The notes under the pieces are model-generated. The model was not told the origin of the DNA. It saw nothing but the letters and a program-made list of their open reading frames with translations, and did no database searches. Below, piece after piece: positions 39,685 to 49,498 of a stretch of 64,000 bases of DNA; position 1 is the first letter of the stretch; each line of letters begins with the position of its first letter. Source of the DNA: Candidatus Eiseniibacteriota bacterium (GTDB taxonomy: Bacteria; Eisenbacteria; RBG-16-71-46; SZUA-252); the NCBI GenBank assembly GCA_963703225.1, contig OY969801.1:160001-224000 (forward strand), in the 5' to 3' direction. The translations under genes and the position numbers were made by a program.

Positions 39685-41076
39685 TTGTCCCTGCGCCGCC
39701 CGCGCGCCCTGATCGTGGACAAGGATTCGTCCGAGACCGCCCAACTCCAGGCCTCCCTGGAGGCTGGAGGGTTCGACGTCCATTGGGCGAAGGACGGCGA
39801 GCGGGCCTTTAACGTCCTCGACGGCTCCTGGCCGGAAGCGGCGGGGGAGCCGGAGCGTGGGCCCGAGGTCGTGATCACCGAGCTGCGCGCGCACCGCGTC
39901 GACGGGATGCGGCTGCTCGAGGTGGCCAAGCAGCGAAACCCCGAGGTCTGCGTCATCCTGATCGCGGACCAAGGATCGATGGAGCTGGCGACCGCGGCGA
40001 TGCGGGAAGGGGCATACGACTTCCAGCTCCGCCCGCTCAACCTGCCCAAGATGCTCGCGGTCATCGAGCGCGCGATCTCCCACCAGAAGCTCGTCGTTCG
40101 CGCGGAGGACCTCGCGGTCCGCCTGGACGAGCGCCTGCGGGTTCCCAATTTGACCGGGCATTCGCGGGTGATGCAGGAGCTTCAAGACAAGATCATCCAG
40201 ATCGCGCCGACCCGCGCGAGCGTTTTGATCTACGGCGAGACCGGGACCGGGAAGGAGCTGATCGCCCAGGCGATCCACCAATTGTCCCCGCGTAAGGACG
40301 AGCGCTTCGTCAAGCTCCACTGCGCCGAGCTGTCCGAGAGCCTCATCGAGAGCGAGCTATTCGGGCACGAGCGGGGTGCCTTCACCGGCGCGGACCAGAG
40401 GCGCCAGGGGCGGTTTGAGCTCGCCGATCAGGGGACGCTCTTCATCGACGAGATTTCTGAAATTCCGCCCGCGGTCCAGACCAAGCTCCTGCGGGTGCTT
40501 CAGGACCGCCAATTTGAGCGGGTTGGCGGGAGCGATACGGTCAAGGTTGACGTGCGGGTGATCGCCGCGACCAACCGCCGCCTGGAGCTGTTGGCCGCGC
40601 GGGGGCAGTTTCGTGAGGACCTCTACTACCGGCTGAAGGTCATCCTCCTCGAAGTCCCGCCGCTCCGCGAGCGGCGCGAGGACATCCCTCCCCTCGTCGA
40701 GGTGTTTATCAAGGAGTTCAACCGGGAGCATGGGCGCAAAGTGTCGGGCGTCACGCGAGGCGTTGTCGATCGAATGATGCAATACGATTGGCCTGGAAAC
40801 GTCCGGGAGCTTCGGAACACGGTCGAAGAGATGGTCATCTTCGCGCGGGGCAAGCGCGTCCTTGAGGTCTCGGATCTACCGATGCCCCTTCGACAGCAGA
40901 GGGCCTCCACCGGGGTTGACATGAATCTCACGGTCGGGATGTCGATGCCGGAGATCGAGCGCGCCGCGATCGAGGCGACGCTCCGCTCGGTGGGCCACGA
41001 CAAGCAGCGTGCCGCGAAGATTCTGGGCATTGGGCTTCGGACGCTCTATCGCAAGCAGAAGGAGTACGGGCTGTGA
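39685..41076 (+). CDS. Sigma-54-dependent activator (NtrC family; degenerate receiver + AAA+ + HTH)
   Basis: GETGTGKE, ESELFGHERGAFTGA, GTLFIDEI, FREDLYYRL, WPGNVREL, LGIGLRTLYRK. Confidence 0.93.
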   Translation: MSLRRPRALIVDKDSSETAQLQASLEAGGFDVHWAKDGERAFNVLDGSWPEAAGEPERGPEVVITELRAHRVDGMRLLEVAKQRNPEVCVILIADQGSMELATAAMREGAYDFQLRPLNLPKMLAVIERAISHQKLVVRAEDLAVRLDERLRVPNLTGHSRVMQELQDKIIQIAPTRASVLIYGETGTGKELIAQAIHQLSPRKDERFVKLHCAELSESLIESELFGHERGAFTGADQRRQGRFELADQGTLFIDEISEIPPAVQTKLLRVLQDRQFERVGGSDTVKVDVRVIAATNRRLELLAARGQFREDLYYRLKVILLEVPPLRERREDIPPLVEVFIKEFNREHGRKVSGVTRGVVDRMMQYDWPGNVRELRNTVEEMVIFARGKRVLEVSDLPMPLRQQRASTGVDMNLTVGMSMPEIERAAIEATLRSVGHDKQRAAKILGIGLRTLYRKQKEYGL

Positions 41077-41486
41077 GCGCGCTGGGGGACCGGCCTCCGC
41101 ACGGGATCTCGGAGGTGATCCTCGTGGTCCAGGACGTCGCGCGTTCGCTCGCCTTCTATCGCGACGTCGTCGGGCTGCGCGTGGACAACGAGGGCAATGC
41201 GAAGTTTGCCTGGCTCTGGGCGGGGCCGCCGGGATTGGAGCAGCGGATCGGCATCACGGCCGGGCCGCTATCGTTCGGTGCGGCGCACGTGAAGGGGCCT
41301 CAACACTTCGCGTTCGGGACCGAAGACGCGCGGATCGAGGAGTTGAAGGCGGCGCTGGAACGCCAAGGGGTGGAGGTCGAGGGGCCCGTCGAGTTCCGGT
41401 TCTGGAACGCCCGCTCGATCTACTTCAGCGATCCGGACGGCAATCGCGTCGAGTTCTGCGGGTTCTCCGCGAAGCCGCCGGGGTAG
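41073..41486 (+). CDS. VOC/glyoxalase-family protein
   Basis: RSLAFYRDVVGL, HFAF, SIYFSDPDGNRVE. Confidence 0.88.
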   Translation: MSALGDRPPHGISEVILVVQDVARSLAFYRDVVGLRVDNEGNAKFAWLWAGPPGLEQRIGITAGPLSFGAAHVKGPQHFAFGTEDARIEELKAALERQGVEVEGPVEFRFWNARSIYFSDPDGNRVEFCGFSAKPPG

Positions 41487-41535
41487 CGTCCCGCCCGCCG
41501 TAGGCCACGGCGACGCGGGCCAGGGAGGAGGCAGT

Positions 41536-42663
41536 TTGAAGCGAGCCGCACGGGTTCTCGCCATCGTGGTCGCCATCGTCCTCTCGATCTTCCTCATTCA
41601 ACGCACGATGTTTCGCGAGAAGGCGATCGCCATCGAGGCCGCGACGGCATCGGTCGGCCCGGTGGAGGACGTCGTCGTGAACTCCGAGGCCGGGACCGTG
41701 AAGACGCGCTCGCGCGCAACGCTAGGCGTGGAATCGGCGGGCCGGGTGGGCGAGATCCTCCGCCGGGAAGGAACGACCGCCAAGGCGGGTGAGGTGCTGC
41801 TTCGACTCGACCAGCGTACCGAGCGGACGCGGCTCTTGGCGGCGCGGCGCAATGTCGAGGTGACCCGCGCGGCCGCCGAAGCGGCGCGCGCCGCGTCCAC
41901 GTTGGCACAACAGGCCTTCGATCGTGTCGCGAGCCTTCACGAGAAGAGCCTTGCGTCCCAGGAGCAGCTCGACGAGGCGAAGGCGCACAGGGAAGGGGCC
42001 GACGCCGAAGCGCGCGCGGCTGATGCCCGCCGCAAGAGCGCCGATGCCGCCGTGCTACTCGCCGAGGACGACCTCACCCACGCTGAAATCCGCGCCCCGT
42101 TCGACGGCACTGTGTCGCATCGATACGTGGAGGTCGGCGAGCAGGTCATTCCTGGCCAAGCCCTCATCGAGCTTGTCAGCCTGAGCCGGCTCTACGTCAG
42201 CGCCCCGATCGACGAGCGGGATGCCGGTCGTCTCAAGGAAGGGCTCCCCGTCCGGATCACCATCGATACCTATCCCGGCATTACCTGGGAGAGCCAGCTG
42301 ACCCGGCTATCGCCCGTGGTGGAAGTGGCCAAGGAGCAGAACCGAACACAGGAGATCGAGGCCGATTTCCCGCCCGATCGATCGAAGCCGGAACCAAGTC
42401 CAGGGATGACCGCCGACGTGGAAATCGTGCTGGGCCGGCGGGAGGCCGTGCTGCGCATCCCGACCTTTTCCGTCATCGAAGGGAAGCGTGTCCTCGTGGC
42501 AGTGAACGGACGCGCCGTCTCGCGCGGCGTCCTCGTGGGCCTCCGCAGCTGGGAGTGGACCGAGGTGCGCTCGGGGCTCCGCGCGGGCGACCGCGTGATC
42601 ACGAGCCTCGACCGCGCTGGACTCAAGGATGGCGCGCGCGTCGTGGAGCAGGGCTCCCCATGA
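41536..42663 (+). CDS. MacA-like periplasmic adaptor (membrane fusion protein)
   Basis: N-terminal TM, lipoyl/hairpin, IRAPFDG..V..GEQV, GMTADVEI, EVRSGL..GDRVI. Confidence 0.9.
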   Translation: MKRAARVLAIVVAIVLSIFLIQRTMFREKAIAIEAATASVGPVEDVVVNSEAGTVKTRSRATLGVESAGRVGEILRREGTTAKAGEVLLRLDQRTERTRLLAARRNVEVTRAAAEAARAASTLAQQAFDRVASLHEKSLASQEQLDEAKAHREGADAEARAADARRKSADAAVLLAEDDLTHAEIRAPFDGTVSHRYVEVGEQVIPGQALIELVSLSRLYVSAPIDERDAGRLKEGLPVRITIDTYPGITWESQLTRLSPVVEVAKEQNRTQEIEADFPPDRSKPEPSPGMTADVEIVLGRREAVLRIPTFSVIEGKRVLVAVNGRAVSRGVLVGLRSWEWTEVRSGLRAGDRVITSLDRAGLKDGARVVEQGSP

Positions 42664-43394
42664 CCGAGGCGTCGGAGGCGGGCCACGCTTCGGCGAACCC
42701 GGAGGTGATCCGGCTCGAGAACGTATCCCGTGTGTACCCAGTCGGCGGGTCCGAAGTCCACGCGCTGGACGGCGTCTCGCTCCACATCCACCGTGGAGAC
42801 TTTGTCGCGCTGATGGGCCCGTCGGGCTCAGGGAAGTCGACACTTCTCAACGTCATCGGCTGCCTGGACACGCCCAGCGCGGGCTCCTACATTCTGGATG
42901 CCGAGCCGGTGCAGGGGCTCTCGGAATCGCGCCTTGCCGAGATTCGGCGGAAGAAGATCGGTTTCATCTTCCAGTCGTATCACCTTGTCCCGCGGATGAC
43001 CGCGCTCCGGAACGTGGAGCTCCCGCTGATCCTCGCCGGCGTCGATCCGGGTGAGCGCCGTGCGCGGGCTCGAGCCTCGCTCGACTCGGTTGGATTGGGG
43101 CACCGCACGAGCCACCGTCCCGACCAGCTCTCCGGCGGGGAGCGTCAACGCGTCGCGATCGCGCGCGCCATGGTCTCGAATCCGAAGATACTTCTTGCCG
43201 ATGAGCCGACTGGAAATCTCGACACCAAGACCGGCGAGGAGATTGTCGCGCTCTTGGAACGACTGAACCGGGACGGCCTGACGATCGTCCTGGTGACGCA
43301 CGATGCTCGGATCGCCGCGCACGCGAGCCGTCTGCTGCTTCTCCAAGACGGAAAGCTCACATCCGATACCCTGCCCCGAGCCGTGGCTCCATGA
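42660..43394 (+). CDS. MacB/LolD-type ABC ATPase
   Basis: GPSGSGKST, IGFIFQ, LSGGERQRVAIARA, LADEPTGNLD, VTHD. Confidence 0.93.
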   Translation: MTEASEAGHASANPEVIRLENVSRVYPVGGSEVHALDGVSLHIHRGDFVALMGPSGSGKSTLLNVIGCLDTPSAGSYILDAEPVQGLSESRLAEIRRKKIGFIFQSYHLVPRMTALRNVELPLILAGVDPGERRARARASLDSVGLGHRTSHRPDQLSGGERQRVAIARAMVSNPKILLADEPTGNLDTKTGEEIVALLERLNRDGLTIVLVTHDARIAAHASRLLLLQDGKLTSDTLPRAVAP

Positions 43395-44593
43395 GGGTGC
43401 CCGATCTCGCGTTTCTCGCGATTGAATCCCTCCGGCTTCACCGAATTCGAACACTCCTCTCCCTCCTCGCGGTGGCGATCGGTGCGATCGCCGTGTTGCT
43501 CCTGACGGCCCTCGGCGACGCCGCCAAGTCCTACGTAGTCCGCCAGTTTGCTTCGATGGGCACCAACATCGTGGCCGTGCTTCCCGGCCACACGGAAACA
43601 TCGGGCATCGGGACGTCGCTCGGCGGGACCCGCAACCTGACGCTTGATGACGCCGAGGCGATTCGCCGGTCGGCGTCCGCGGCGCTTCAGGTTTCGGCGT
43701 TTTCGCTGGGCGCGGCGCCAGCCGAGTTCGAGCAACGGCACCGCGACATCTATGTCGTCGGCGCGATGGCGAATTACGCCGAGGTGCGCGACTTGAGATT
43801 GGCGGCGGGGCAATTCCTGCCTCAGGGCGATCCGCGTCGCGGAGCGCCGCTTGTGGTCTTGGGTTTCAAGCTCAAGCAGGAGCTGTTTGGCCCCCAGAAC
43901 GCGCTCGGCCAGAACGTTCGTATTGCCCAGGCCCGGCTCCGGGTGATCGGCGTTCTGGAGCCCAAAGGGCAGTCGCTGGGTGTCGATTTCGACGAGGTCG
44001 CGATCGTCCCGGTGGCAACCGGCATGCGGCTCTTCAACCAGTCGAGCCTCTTTCGAATCATGGTACAGGCCCGCGACGAGGGCTCGATCCCCGCGGTGGT
44101 CCGGCAGGTCCACGCCATCCTCGTCGATCGGCACAAGGACGAGGATTTCACGATCGTCACTCAGGACGCGATGCTCCAGAGCTTCCGCTCGATCATCAAC
44201 GCGTTAACGATCGCGCTCGCCGCGATCGCCGCGATTTCCCTCGCGGTCGCGGGAATCGGCATCATGAATGTGATGCTCGTGTCGGTGTCCGAGCGGGTGG
44301 CGGAGGTCGGCCTGCTCAAGGCGCTGGGCGGCGAGGGAAAGCAGATCGCTTCGTTGTTTCTGGCGGAGGCGCTGCTGCTCTCCGCCGCGGGCTCTTGCTC
44401 GGGTCTCCTTGTGGGGTTTGTCATCTTGAAGATCGCGTCTCGCGCCTTGCCTACCCTCATGCTGACGCCGAGCCCGCTTTGGTCCGCGGGAATCGTGGCC
44501 TTCGCGCTCCTCACCGGCGGCCTCTTCGGGCTCATACCGGCTCGCCGCGCTGCGCGGCTCCCAGCGGCCGAATCGCTTCGGGGAAAGCGATGA
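43391..44593 (+). CDS. MacB/FtsX-family ABC permease
   Basis: RTLLSLLAVAIG, GIGIMNVMLVSVSER..EVGLLKALG, PARRAA. Confidence 0.92.
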   Translation: MRVPDLAFLAIESLRLHRIRTLLSLLAVAIGAIAVLLLTALGDAAKSYVVRQFASMGTNIVAVLPGHTETSGIGTSLGGTRNLTLDDAEAIRRSASAALQVSAFSLGAAPAEFEQRHRDIYVVGAMANYAEVRDLRLAAGQFLPQGDPRRGAPLVVLGFKLKQELFGPQNALGQNVRIAQARLRVIGVLEPKGQSLGVDFDEVAIVPVATGMRLFNQSSLFRIMVQARDEGSIPAVVRQVHAILVDRHKDEDFTIVTQDAMLQSFRSIINALTIALAAIAAISLAVAGIGIMNVMLVSVSERVAEVGLLKALGGEGKQIASLFLAEALLLSAAGSCSGLLVGFVILKIASRALPTLMLTPSPLWSAGIVAFALLTGGLFGLIPARRAARLPAAESLRGKR

Positions 44594-45792
44594 GGGTTCG
44601 AGACCTCGTGGGGCTCGCGGTGGAGGCGCTTCGGGCCCATCGGACCCGGTACGGCCTATCGGCGCTCGCGATCTCGGTCGGAGTGGCCGCGGTGGTCCTA
44701 CTCTCTTCGATCGGGGAGGGGGTACGCCGTTACATCGTCGACCAGGTGAGCAGTTTCGGCACCAACATCGTCGGCGTTCATCCCGGAAAGGTTACGACCG
44801 CGGGCATGCCGGGGAACGTCGGCGGAAGCGCGCGCAAGCTGACGATCGACGATGCGCGGATGCTTCGGCGCTTGCCTGGTGTCGCCGATGGGGTCGCGAC
44901 CGCCTACGGGACCGCGCTCGTCGAATTCGAGGACCGGTCGCGGAGGGTGGTCGTCTTCGGTGCGACCGGGCGGCTACCCAAAGTCTGGTCGATGCACGTG
45001 GCGACCGGCAGCTTCCTGCCCGATCTGGAGTGGGACCGCGCCTCTCCGGTCGTGGTGCTCGGCTCAAGACTCAAGACGGAGCTGTTCGGCGAAGCGAACG
45101 CGCTGGGTGCTGTGGTCCGGCTCGGTACCGCTCGCTTTCGCGTGGTCGGGCTGATGGAGCCGAGGGGGCAATACCTGACGCTCGACATGGATGACGTCGC
45201 CTACATTCCGGTCGTGAACGCGATGAGGCTCTTCAACAGGAGCGAGCTGTCGGAGGTGACCCTGCTCGCGACGTCCACCGCCGAGGTCGACGCGGTCGCC
45301 GAGAGAGCGCGCCTCTTGATGATCGACCGGCACGGAGGCGATGATGACGTCACGATCGTCTCGCAGAAGGACGCGATGCGAATGGTCAACGACATCATGC
45401 GGGTGATTTCGCTCACGGTGACCGCGATCGCGGCGATCAGCCTTCTGGTCGGGGCGATCGGGATCCTCACCATCCTCTGGATCGTCGTGAGGGAGCGGGT
45501 GCAGGAAATCGGCCTCGTGAAGGCGTTGGGCGCGACGCAGGGTCAGATTCTGGGGTGGTACCTCTGCGAGGCCGCACTCACCGCGGCCGTAGGTGGCGCC
45601 GGAGGGCTCTTGATCGGAGTGGGCGGTGCCGCGGCGCTCTCACGATTGGTTCCAGGGCTCTCCACGTTCACGCCGCTCGGGACTGTCGCGACGGCGCTTC
45701 TGATGGCGATCGGCGTCGGGGTCTTGGCCGGCGTTGCTCCGGCGATCCGCGCGTCGCGGCTCGACCCAGTGGAAGCGCTGAGGTCGGAGTGA
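44590..45792 (+). CDS. MacB/FtsX-family ABC permease (second)
   Basis: IGILTILWIVVRERVQEIGLVKALGA, PAIRASRLDPVEALRSE; ATGA overlap. Confidence 0.92.
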   Translation: MRVRDLVGLAVEALRAHRTRYGLSALAISVGVAAVVLLSSIGEGVRRYIVDQVSSFGTNIVGVHPGKVTTAGMPGNVGGSARKLTIDDARMLRRLPGVADGVATAYGTALVEFEDRSRRVVVFGATGRLPKVWSMHVATGSFLPDLEWDRASPVVVLGSRLKTELFGEANALGAVVRLGTARFRVVGLMEPRGQYLTLDMDDVAYIPVVNAMRLFNRSELSEVTLLATSTAEVDAVAERARLLMIDRHGGDDDVTIVSQKDAMRMVNDIMRVISLTVTAIAAISLLVGAIGILTILWIVVRERVQEIGLVKALGATQGQILGWYLCEAALTAAVGGAGGLLIGVGGAAALSRLVPGLSTFTPLGTVATALLMAIGVGVLAGVAPAIRASRLDPVEALRSE

Positions 45793-45829
45793 TCGGCTCC
45801 CTCGTCCGGCGAAGCGTATTGCGCCGGGA

Positions 45830-48223
45830 CTAGCGCCGCCCTCCCGGCGCCGGCTTCTCCGCACCAGCCTTCTTCATCGTTTCCTCAATCCGCGCGACCT
45901 CTTGGAGCAAGAGCTTTGCCTGCGCGGGATCGCGGGTGAGGCTTGCCGCCTCGCGGATCGCCGCCGCCCCACGCTCCGGCTGGTGGAGCTTGGTGACCAG
46001 GATGACCCCCATGCTCTGACGCGCCAAGCCGCGGTCGGGATGGTCGACCGGGACCCGCTGCAGCGCGCCGACGGCCTCTTCGTAGCGCCCCAGGGCGCTC
46101 AGCGCCGCGCCCACGTTGAGAAGTATCTTTGGATTGAACGAGATCTGATAGGCCGCCATGAATTCATCCAGCGATTCCTCCGTGCGTCCCAATTCCTGAA
46201 GCGCCATGGCCCGATAGACGTGGAGATTCTCCTCGCGCGGCGCCTCCGCGATGCCCACCTTCGCCGCCGCCTCCGCGGGCTCGAACGCGTGGAGATTGAG
46301 GAACGCGAAGGCGAGGACCGCGTGAAGCCGGGGATTCAATCGCTTGGCATTGACCCTGAGCCCCCGGTTGGCCCACTCGATCGCGCGGTCGAACTCGTCC
46401 AGCTTCCCGAAGACCGTCGCGTAGTCGAGGCACCAGAGCGCGACCCGGCTCACCGTGCTGGGGGTGGGCATGGCCGCGGCGAACAGGCTATCCCGCTCCG
46501 CCATCGTGCTGATCGCCGCTGGCACGCGGCGAACCTCGATGGGCGGGCCCGAGGAATTGTGCGCCTCGGTCTGCCAGACGACGGAGGTGTGGGCCCGGAT
46601 CCAACGGTAGTAGGCCGACTCGATGGGGTATGCAGCCGAGTCAGCGTCAAAGCGCCGCGAGACCTCGCGAGAGAGAACGTAGTACTCCAATCCGTCGAGG
46701 AACTCCGGATGGTAGGCGCACCGCACCAGCGGCACTTGGGTGGCGAAGAAGGGCCAGATCAACATGGCCCGCTCTTCCGGTACGAAGATCGGGCCGTAGA
46801 GCTCGACCGCCATGGCGTGGTCGGGCTGGATGTTCGCGTTGATCCAGGCCCGCGCGAGGTGGCGCGTGTCGGGGAGGCTGAGGGTCTTCCGGGTTTCCAG
46901 AAACTCCGGCAGCGGCCACGCGAGCGCGAGCGCCCCCAGGAGTGCCGGTGCGAGGGTCATCGCGCGCGCCCGCAAGAAGCCCCGCTCCTTCAGCCACTCC
47001 GCCGCATGGAGCAGGGCCACCACCGTGCCGAAGAAGAGAATCGGGAGCGCGACGAGCATGTAGCGCTCCTGGGCCGCCTTGAGCGCACCGTTGGCGAGCA
47101 CCATGACGGCGGGAATGAGGAGCACGGGCCGTCCCGTCGGGAATTTTCGCCACGCGATCCACATCCCCACGAGCGCCAGAAGGTAGGCGGGCCAGCCCAT
47201 CGCGTGCGGCAGCGAGACCGCCAAATAGGTCGGAAGCGAGAACGGGAACGCCGTCTGACCCACCCAATCGGACAAGAGGGCCCGTCGCTGCGTCGTCAGA
47301 TCCAGGAAGGTGGTCTTCCAGTCCAAGAAGGTGAAGGGGGAGCCGGCGAACATCGCGACGGCGATCGCGAGGAGCGCCAGCGCGAAGCCCCGACTCTTGT
47401 AGAAATCGCGCCCGTGGGCCACGGCGAGCGGCACGACCAGGACGAGAGGCACGTACTTGCACGCGGCGGCCAACCCGATCATCGCTCCCGCGATGATCGA
47501 GTCGCGCGTTTTGCCCCGCTCGGCGACGCTCGTCATCGCGAGCGCCGCGAAAAGAACAAAGAGGAGCGCGAGCAAGTTGGGATCGGCGATGTGCTGCGAG
47601 GTCATCACGTGGAGCGGATTCATCGCGACCAGGAGCCCGGTTCCAAGACCCGCCACGCGGCCGCCGAGGCGAGAGCCGAGCCGGAAGGCGAGAAAGACGG
47701 TCCAGACCCCGATCAGCGCGCTCAAGACTCGCCCGTAGAGGAACATCCAGTTCGAACCCGTGTTGACCTGTGCCGCGAACGCCGCGGGCGTCGTGCCGGG
47801 GTGGGTGGCGGTGTAGTAGGCCTTGTAGCTCACCTGGATACCGAGCCCGACGTAGAAGCTCAAGCCCGGCCATCCGCCCGTGTGGGGATTGAGATCGAGA
47901 TCCTTGGTCCCGCCCATCCACATCTGCCACGCGCGGCCCATCGTCGTGCGGTCGGTCTCCTCGACCGCGGAATCGTCGAGCACGTTGATACCGAGGGTCG
48001 GATCGGGGAGGCGGTCGCCGATGCCCCAGAGGCGAATCGCGAGCGCGAGCGCCAGGAGGGCCGCGGCGAGCGGGTCCCAGCGCGCCGGGGCGTGCCGAGC
48101 GGCCCCGGTGCCGGCGTCGCCTTTGGAGGTACGGGGCGCGCCGCCGGGAGCGATGCCCCGCGCCCCCTGAGATCGGGGCTTGTTCCCTTTGGCCGATGGA
48201 AGATTGCGGCGTTTCTTCGCCAT
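45830..48223 (-). CDS. GT-C fold membrane glycosyltransferase (GT39/ArnT-like) with C-terminal TPR repeats
   Basis: First-loop acidic VEE, GRVLSALIG, GLAAACKY, ERYML, DTR..A..WI, TPR-like tail. Confidence 0.78.
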   Translation of the reverse strand: MAKKRRNLPSAKGNKPRSQGARGIAPGGAPRTSKGDAGTGAARHAPARWDPLAAALLALALAIRLWGIGDRLPDPTLGINVLDDSAVEETDRTTMGRAWQMWMGGTKDLDLNPHTGGWPGLSFYVGLGIQVSYKAYYTATHPGTTPAAFAAQVNTGSNWMFLYGRVLSALIGVWTVFLAFRLGSRLGGRVAGLGTGLLVAMNPLHVMTSQHIADPNLLALLFVLFAALAMTSVAERGKTRDSIIAGAMIGLAAACKYVPLVLVVPLAVAHGRDFYKSRGFALALLAIAVAMFAGSPFTFLDWKTTFLDLTTQRRALLSDWVGQTAFPFSLPTYLAVSLPHAMGWPAYLLALVGMWIAWRKFPTGRPVLLIPAVMVLANGALKAAQERYMLVALPILFFGTVVALLHAAEWLKERGFLRARAMTLAPALLGALALAWPLPEFLETRKTLSLPDTRHLARAWINANIQPDHAMAVELYGPIFVPEERAMLIWPFFATQVPLVRCAYHPEFLDGLEYYVLSREVSRRFDADSAAYPIESAYYRWIRAHTSVVWQTEAHNSSGPPIEVRRVPAAISTMAERDSLFAAAMPTPSTVSRVALWCLDYATVFGKLDEFDRAIEWANRGLRVNAKRLNPRLHAVLAFAFLNLHAFEPAEAAAKVGIAEAPREENLHVYRAMALQELGRTEESLDEFMAAYQISFNPKILLNVGAALSALGRYEEAVGALQRVPVDHPDRGLARQSMGVILVTKLHQPERGAAAIREAASLTRDPAQAKLLLQEVARIEETMKKAGAEKPAPGGRR

Positions 48224-48306
48224 AGGTGGGCGTGCCCCGGCGAGTCTAGCGGGATTGACGCGCGGGAGTCAAAAGCGAAGCCGAACGATATATACTCCGC
48301 GCTCCC

Positions 48307-49498
48307 ATGCTCAAGACCTCTCCCTTCCATCCCCGCACTTCGGCGCTCGTCCGCGCCCAGACGTGGCGCCGTTGGGCCGGCTACCAGATGGCGAGCGCCT
48401 ACGACCCGCATCCCGACCGCGAGTACGCGGCCATCCGGAGCGCGGCCGCGCTCATCGACGTCTCGCCGCTCTACAAGTACCGGATCACCGGGCAAGGACG
48501 CCGCGCGCCTTCTGGACCGGATGATCACCCGCGACATGACCAAGCTGAAGCCCGGGCAGGTCTACTACACGCCCTGGTGCGACGCCGCCGGCAAGGTGAT
48601 CGACGACGGCACGGTGAGCCGGCTGGACGAGCGCACGTACCGGCTCACGAGCGCCGATTCCTCGCTCCGCTGGCTCCAGATGAACGCGGTGGGGATGGAG
48701 GTCGGGATCGAGGACATCTCGGAGCGGGTCGCCGCGCTCTCGCTTCAGGGCCCTCTGTCGCGCGCGATGCTCGCGCCGCACGACGCCGGCGGATCTCGCG
48801 GGGCTCAAGTACTTCCGACTGGTCGACGACCACGGTGCGCGACATCCCCGTCACGATCTCGCGCACCGGCTACACCGGCGATCTCGGCTACGAGATCTGG
48901 GTCGACGCGGACCGCGCGGTGGCGCTCTGGGACGCGCTGATCGAGGCGGGCAAGCCGTACGGCATCGACGCCGGCGGGCATCTGGGCGCTGGACGTCGCG
49001 CGGATCGAGGCCGGGCTCATCATGCTCGACGTCGATTACTTCTCCTCGCACCACGCGTTGATCGAGGAGCGGAAATCCTCGCCCTACGAGATCAACCTCG
49101 GCTGGGCGGTGAGCGCCGGCAAGGGACCGTTCAACGGCCGCCGCGCGCTCGCCGCCGAGCGGGAGCGCGGCGCCGGCCTGGGGCTTCGTCGGGCTCGAGG
49201 TCGACTGGGATTCGTTCGAGCGCTCTACGCGGCGCGGCACCTGCCGCCCCATGTCTCGAACATCGCGTGGCGGACCAGCGCGCCGGTCTACCGGGAGGGT
49301 CGGCAGGTCGGCTACGCCACGAGCGGCTGCTGGTCGCCGCTGCTCAAGAAGTCCCTCGCGCTCGCGCATCTGCAGGCGCCGCACTTCGAGCCCGGCACCC
49401 CGGTCAAGCTCGAGGTCACCGTCGAGCACCGCCGCGAGCAGGCCGACGCCGTGGTGCGAAAGCTCCCGTTCTTCGACCCCGAGCGGAAGAAGGCATGA
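48307..49498 (+). CDS. GcvT-like aminomethyltransferase family protein; several apparent frameshifts
   Basis: EYAAIR..AALIDVSPLYKY, GKVIDDGTV, LQGPLSR, ISRTGYTGDLGYEIW, RIEAGL, VGYATSGCWSPLLKK.LALA, PFFDP; spread over three frames. Confidence 0.85.

Noticed and set aside
45902..48940. 1012-aa plus-strand ORF and other long antisense ORFs (e.g. 6642-8555, 29080-30618, 55660-57078)
   Set aside because: Shadow ORFs of high-GC genes, with no motifs apart from frameshifted pieces of real genes.
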